64,000 nt of DNA, from positions 136,834,001-136,898,000 of the forward strand of contig OZ024743.1 of assembly GCA_964016885.1 (NCBI GenBank), in the 5' to 3' direction. Positions 61,041 to 64,000 of the stretch are shown here, one piece after another. Both the position numbers and the translations under genes were made by a program. Origin of the DNA: Eledone cirrhosa. Its lineage: Eukaryota. How positions within the stretch are numbered: the first letter of the stretch is position 1; every line of letters starts with the position of its first letter. A model generated the notes under the pieces. That model was not told where the DNA came from. It ran no database searches and saw only the letters and a list, made by a program, of their open reading frames with translations.

Positions 61041-64000
61041 TTTGGAGCTTGGTACTTGGTGCTTGGTGCTTGGTGTTAGGTGTTTGGTGCTTGGTGCTTG
61101 GTGTCTGGTTTTTGGTGCTTGGTGCTTGGTGTTTGGTGTTTGGTGCTTGCTGCTGGCTGCTTGGTGTTTGGTGCTTGGTGATTGGTGCTTGGTGTTTGGT
61201 GCTTGGTGTTTGGTGTTTGGTGCTTGGTGATTGGTGTTTGTACTTGGTGCTTGGTGCTTGGTTCTTGGTGTTTGGTGCTTGGTGCTTGGTGTTTGGTGTT
61301 ATATGCTTGGTGTTTGATGCTTAGTGCTTGGTGCTTGGTGTTTGGTGTTTGGTGTTTGATGCTTGGTGCTTGGTGTTTGGTGCTTGGTGCTTGGTGTTTG
61401 TACTTGGTGCTTGGTGCTTGGTGCTTGGTGTTTGGTGCTTGGTGCTTGGTGCTTGGTGATTAGTGTTTGGTGCTTGGTGTTTGGTGCCTGGTGCTTGGTG
61501 CATGGTGCTTGGTGTTTGGTGTTTGGTGCTTGGTGCTTGGAGTTTGGTGTTTGGTGCTTGGTGCTTGGTGTTTCGTGTTTCGTGTTTGGTTTTTGGTGCT
61601 TGGTGCTTGGTGCTTGGTCCTTGGTGTTTGGTGCTGGGTGCATTGTGTTTGGTGCTTGGCGCTTGGTGCTTGGTGCTTGGTGTTTGGTGCTTGGTGCTTG
61701 GTGCTTGGTGCTTGGTCCTTGGTGCTTGGTGTTTGGTGGTTGGTGTTTGGTGCTTGGTGTTAGGTGTTTGGTGCTTGGTGCTTGGTGTTTGGTGTTTGGT
61801 GCTTGGTGTTTGGTGTTTGGTGCTTGGTGTTTGGTGCTTGGTACTTGGTGCTTGGTGCTTGGTGTTAGGTGTTTGGTGCTTGGTGTTTGGTGCTTGGTGT
61901 TTGGTGCTTGGTGCTTGGTGCTTGGTGCTTGGTGTTTGGTGGTTGGTGTTTGGTGCTTGGTGTTTGGTGCTTGGTGTTAGGTGTTTGGTGCTTGGTGCTT
62001 GGTGTTTGGTGTTTGGTGCTTGGTGTTTGGTGTTTGGTGCTTGGTGTTTGGGGCTTTTTGCTTGGTGCTTGGTGCTTGGTGTTTGGTGCTGGGTGCTTGG
62101 TGCTTGGTGTTTGGTGTTATATGCTTGGTGTTTGATGCTTGGTGCTTGGTGCTTGGTGTTTGGTGTTTGGTGCTTGGTACTTGGTGCTTGGTGCTTGGTG
62201 TTAGGTGTTTGGTGCTTGGTGCTTGGTGTCTGGTTTTTGGTGCTTGGTGCTTGGTGTTTGGTGTTTGGTGCTTGCTGCTGGCTGCTTGGTGTTTGGTGCT
62301 TGGTGATTGGTGCTTGGTGTTTGGTGCTTGGTGTTTGGTGTTTGGTGCTTGGTGATTGGTGTTTGTACTTGGTGCTTGGTGCTTGGTTCTTGGTGTTTGG
62401 TGCTTGGTGCTTGGTGTTTGGTGTTATATGCTTGGTGTTTGATGCTTAGTGCTTGGTGCTTGGTGTTTGGTGTTTGGTGTTTGATGCTTGGTGCTTGGTG
62501 TTTGGTGCTTGGTGCTTGGTGTTTGTACTTGGTGCTTGGTGCTTGGTGCTTGGTGTTTGGTGCTTGGTGCTTGGTGCTTGGTGCTTGGTCCTTGGTGCTT
62601 GGTGTTTGGTGGTTGGTGTTTGGTGCTTGGTGTTAGGTGTTTGGTGCTTGGTGCTTGGTGTTTGGTGTTTGGTGCTTGGTGTTTGGTGTTTGGTGCTTGG
62701 TGTTTGGTGCTTGGTACTTGGTGCTTGGTGCTTGGTGTTAGGTGTTTGGTGCTTGGTGTTTGGTGCTTGGTGTTTGGTGCTTGGTGCTTGGTGCTTGGTG
62801 CTTGGTGTTTGGTGGTTGGTGTTTGGTGCTTGGTGTTTGCTGCTTGGTGTTAGGTGTTTGGTGCTTGGTGCTTCGTGTTTGGTGTTTGGTGCTTGGTGTT
62901 TGGTGTTTGGTGCTTGGTGTTTGGGGCTTTTTGCTTGGTGCTTGGTGCTTGGTGTTTGGTGCTGGGTGCTTGGTGCTTGGTGTTTGGTGTTATATGCTTG
63001 GTGTTTGATGCTTGGTGCTTGGTGCTTGGTGTTTGGTGTTTGGTGCTTGGTGTTTGATGCTTGGTGCTTGGTGCTTGGTGTTTGGTGCTTGGTGCTTGGT
63101 GTTTGGTGCTTGGTGCTTGGTGTTTGGTGCTTGGTGTTTGGTGCTTGGTGCTTGGTGTTTGGTGGTTGGTGCTTGGTGCTTGGTGTTAGGTGTTTGGTGC
63201 TTGGTGCTTGGTGTCTGGTTTTTGGTGCTTGGTGCTTGGTGTTTGGTGCTTGTTGCTGGCTGCTTGGTGTTTGGTGCTTGGTGATTGGTGCTTGGTGTTT
63301 GGTGCTTGGTGTTTGGTGTTTGGTGCTTGGTGTTTGTACTTGGTGTTTGGTGCTTGGTGTTTGGTGCTAGGTGCTTGGTGTTTGGTGCTTGGTGCTTGGT
63401 GTTTGGTGCCTGGTGCTTGGTGTTTGGTGTTTGGTGTTTGGTGCTTGGTGCTTGGTGTTTGGTGTTTGCTGTTTGCTGTTTGGTGTTTGTTGTTTGGTGT
63501 TTGTTGTTTGGTGTTTGCTGTTTGGTGTTTGGTGTTTGCTTTTTGGTGTTTGGTGTTTGATGTATGTTGTTTGCTGTTTGGTGTTTGGTGTTTGGTGTTT
63601 GGTGCTTGGTGCTTGGTGTTTGGTGCTTGGTGCTTGGTGTTTGGTGCCTGGTGCTTGGTGCATGGTGCTTGGTGTTTGGTGTTTGGTGCTTGGTGCTTGG
63701 AGTTTGGTGTTTGGTGCTTGGTGCTTGGTGTTTCGTGTTTCGTGTTTGGTTTTTGGTGCTTGGTGCTTGGTGCTTGGTCCTTGGTGTTTGGTGCTGGGTG
63801 CATTGTGTTTGGTGCTTGGCGCTTGGTGCTTGGTGCTTGGTGTTTGGTGCTTGGTGCTTGGTGCTTGGTGCTTGGTCCTTGGTGCTTGGTGTTTGGTGGT
63901 TGGTGTTTGGTGCTTGGTGTTAGGTGTTTGGTGCTTGGTGCTTGGTGTTTGGTGTTTGGTGCTTGGTGTTTGGTGTTTGGTGCTTGGTGTTTGGTGCTTG
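58889..64000 (+). repeat. 2160-bp tandem duplication with a nested 1125-bp duplication across its junction (net offset 3285)
   Basis: The TTGGTAC..TAGGTGT..CTGGTTT block occurs at 58889, 61049 (+2160) and 62174 (+1125). ORF pairs 60744/61869 (1125), and 59203/62488, 59901/63186, 60279/63564 (3285). Confidence 0.88.

Larger units (their letters stand above)
1..64000 (+). repeat. Heptameric satellite array (TTGGTGY)n, head-to-tail, running off both window edges
   Basis: The sequence parses throughout into 7-bp units TTGGTGC/TTGGTGT plus variants with one or a few substitutions (TTGATGC, TTGCTGT, TAGGTGT, TTGGTAC, TTGGTGA, TTGGTGG, TTTGTGT etc.). No inversion (no RCACCAA tracts on +) and no non-repeat insert were seen. 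Confidence 0.99.

Noticed and set aside
9-63923. Hundreds of + strand ORFs encoding (L/F)G(A/V)WCLV repeats, up to 641 aa
   Set aside because: The 7-bp unit has no stop in any frame, so all three frames give the same 7-aa periodic peptide. The ORFs overlap in all frames, start mostly at TTG/GTG, end at sporadic A-containing variants and have no unique domains.
1-64000. CRISPR array or repeat-spacer system
   Set aside because: There are no unique spacers. All sequence between recurring markers is the same 7-mer.
1-64000. Sequencing artefact or synthetic low-complexity sequence
   Set aside because: Rare variants recur in conserved order at exact offsets, with copy-specific differences and very few random indels, as expected for a real evolved array. 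The copy number of near-identical blocks could still be mis-assembled.
1-64000. Fungal RIP as the source of G->A variants
   Set aside because: Most TG/CA sites remain intact. The common TTGATGC variant is in a CpC context on the minus strand rather than CpA, and many variants are transversions.
1-64000. Cyanobacterial STRR-type heptamer repeats or Drosophila virilis-type 7-bp satellites
   Set aside because: Only the unit length is shared and the sequences differ. STRRs are short intergenic tracts, not gene-free arrays of at least 64 kb.

Overview
The whole 64-kb window is one uninterrupted, single-orientation tandem array of a 7-bp monomer, consensus TTGGTGY (TTGGTGC and TTGGTGT in roughly similar numbers; about 9,100 monomers by length/7). 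The + strand is G/T-rich and almost A-free. I find no unique sequence, genes, RNA genes, transposons or CRISPR arrays. Every ORF in the track is a translation artefact of a 7-mer that has no stop codon in any frame. Rare variant monomers serve as markers and reveal nested higher-order repeats (HORs) and displaced copies with offsets from 27 bp to about 15.4 kb. They also show spatial domains with their own variants, interspersed TTGCTGT-rich islands, and a nearly invariant 7-bp register broken mainly by one recurrent 6-bp monomer (TTGTAC). The best reading is a eukaryotic heptameric satellite (centromeric, pericentromeric, subtelomeric or telomere-like) evolving by unequal exchange or conversion. 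Organism and chromosomal position cannot be determined from this window. Offsets come from matching marker monomers and duplicated ORFs by eye, so block edges are approximate.
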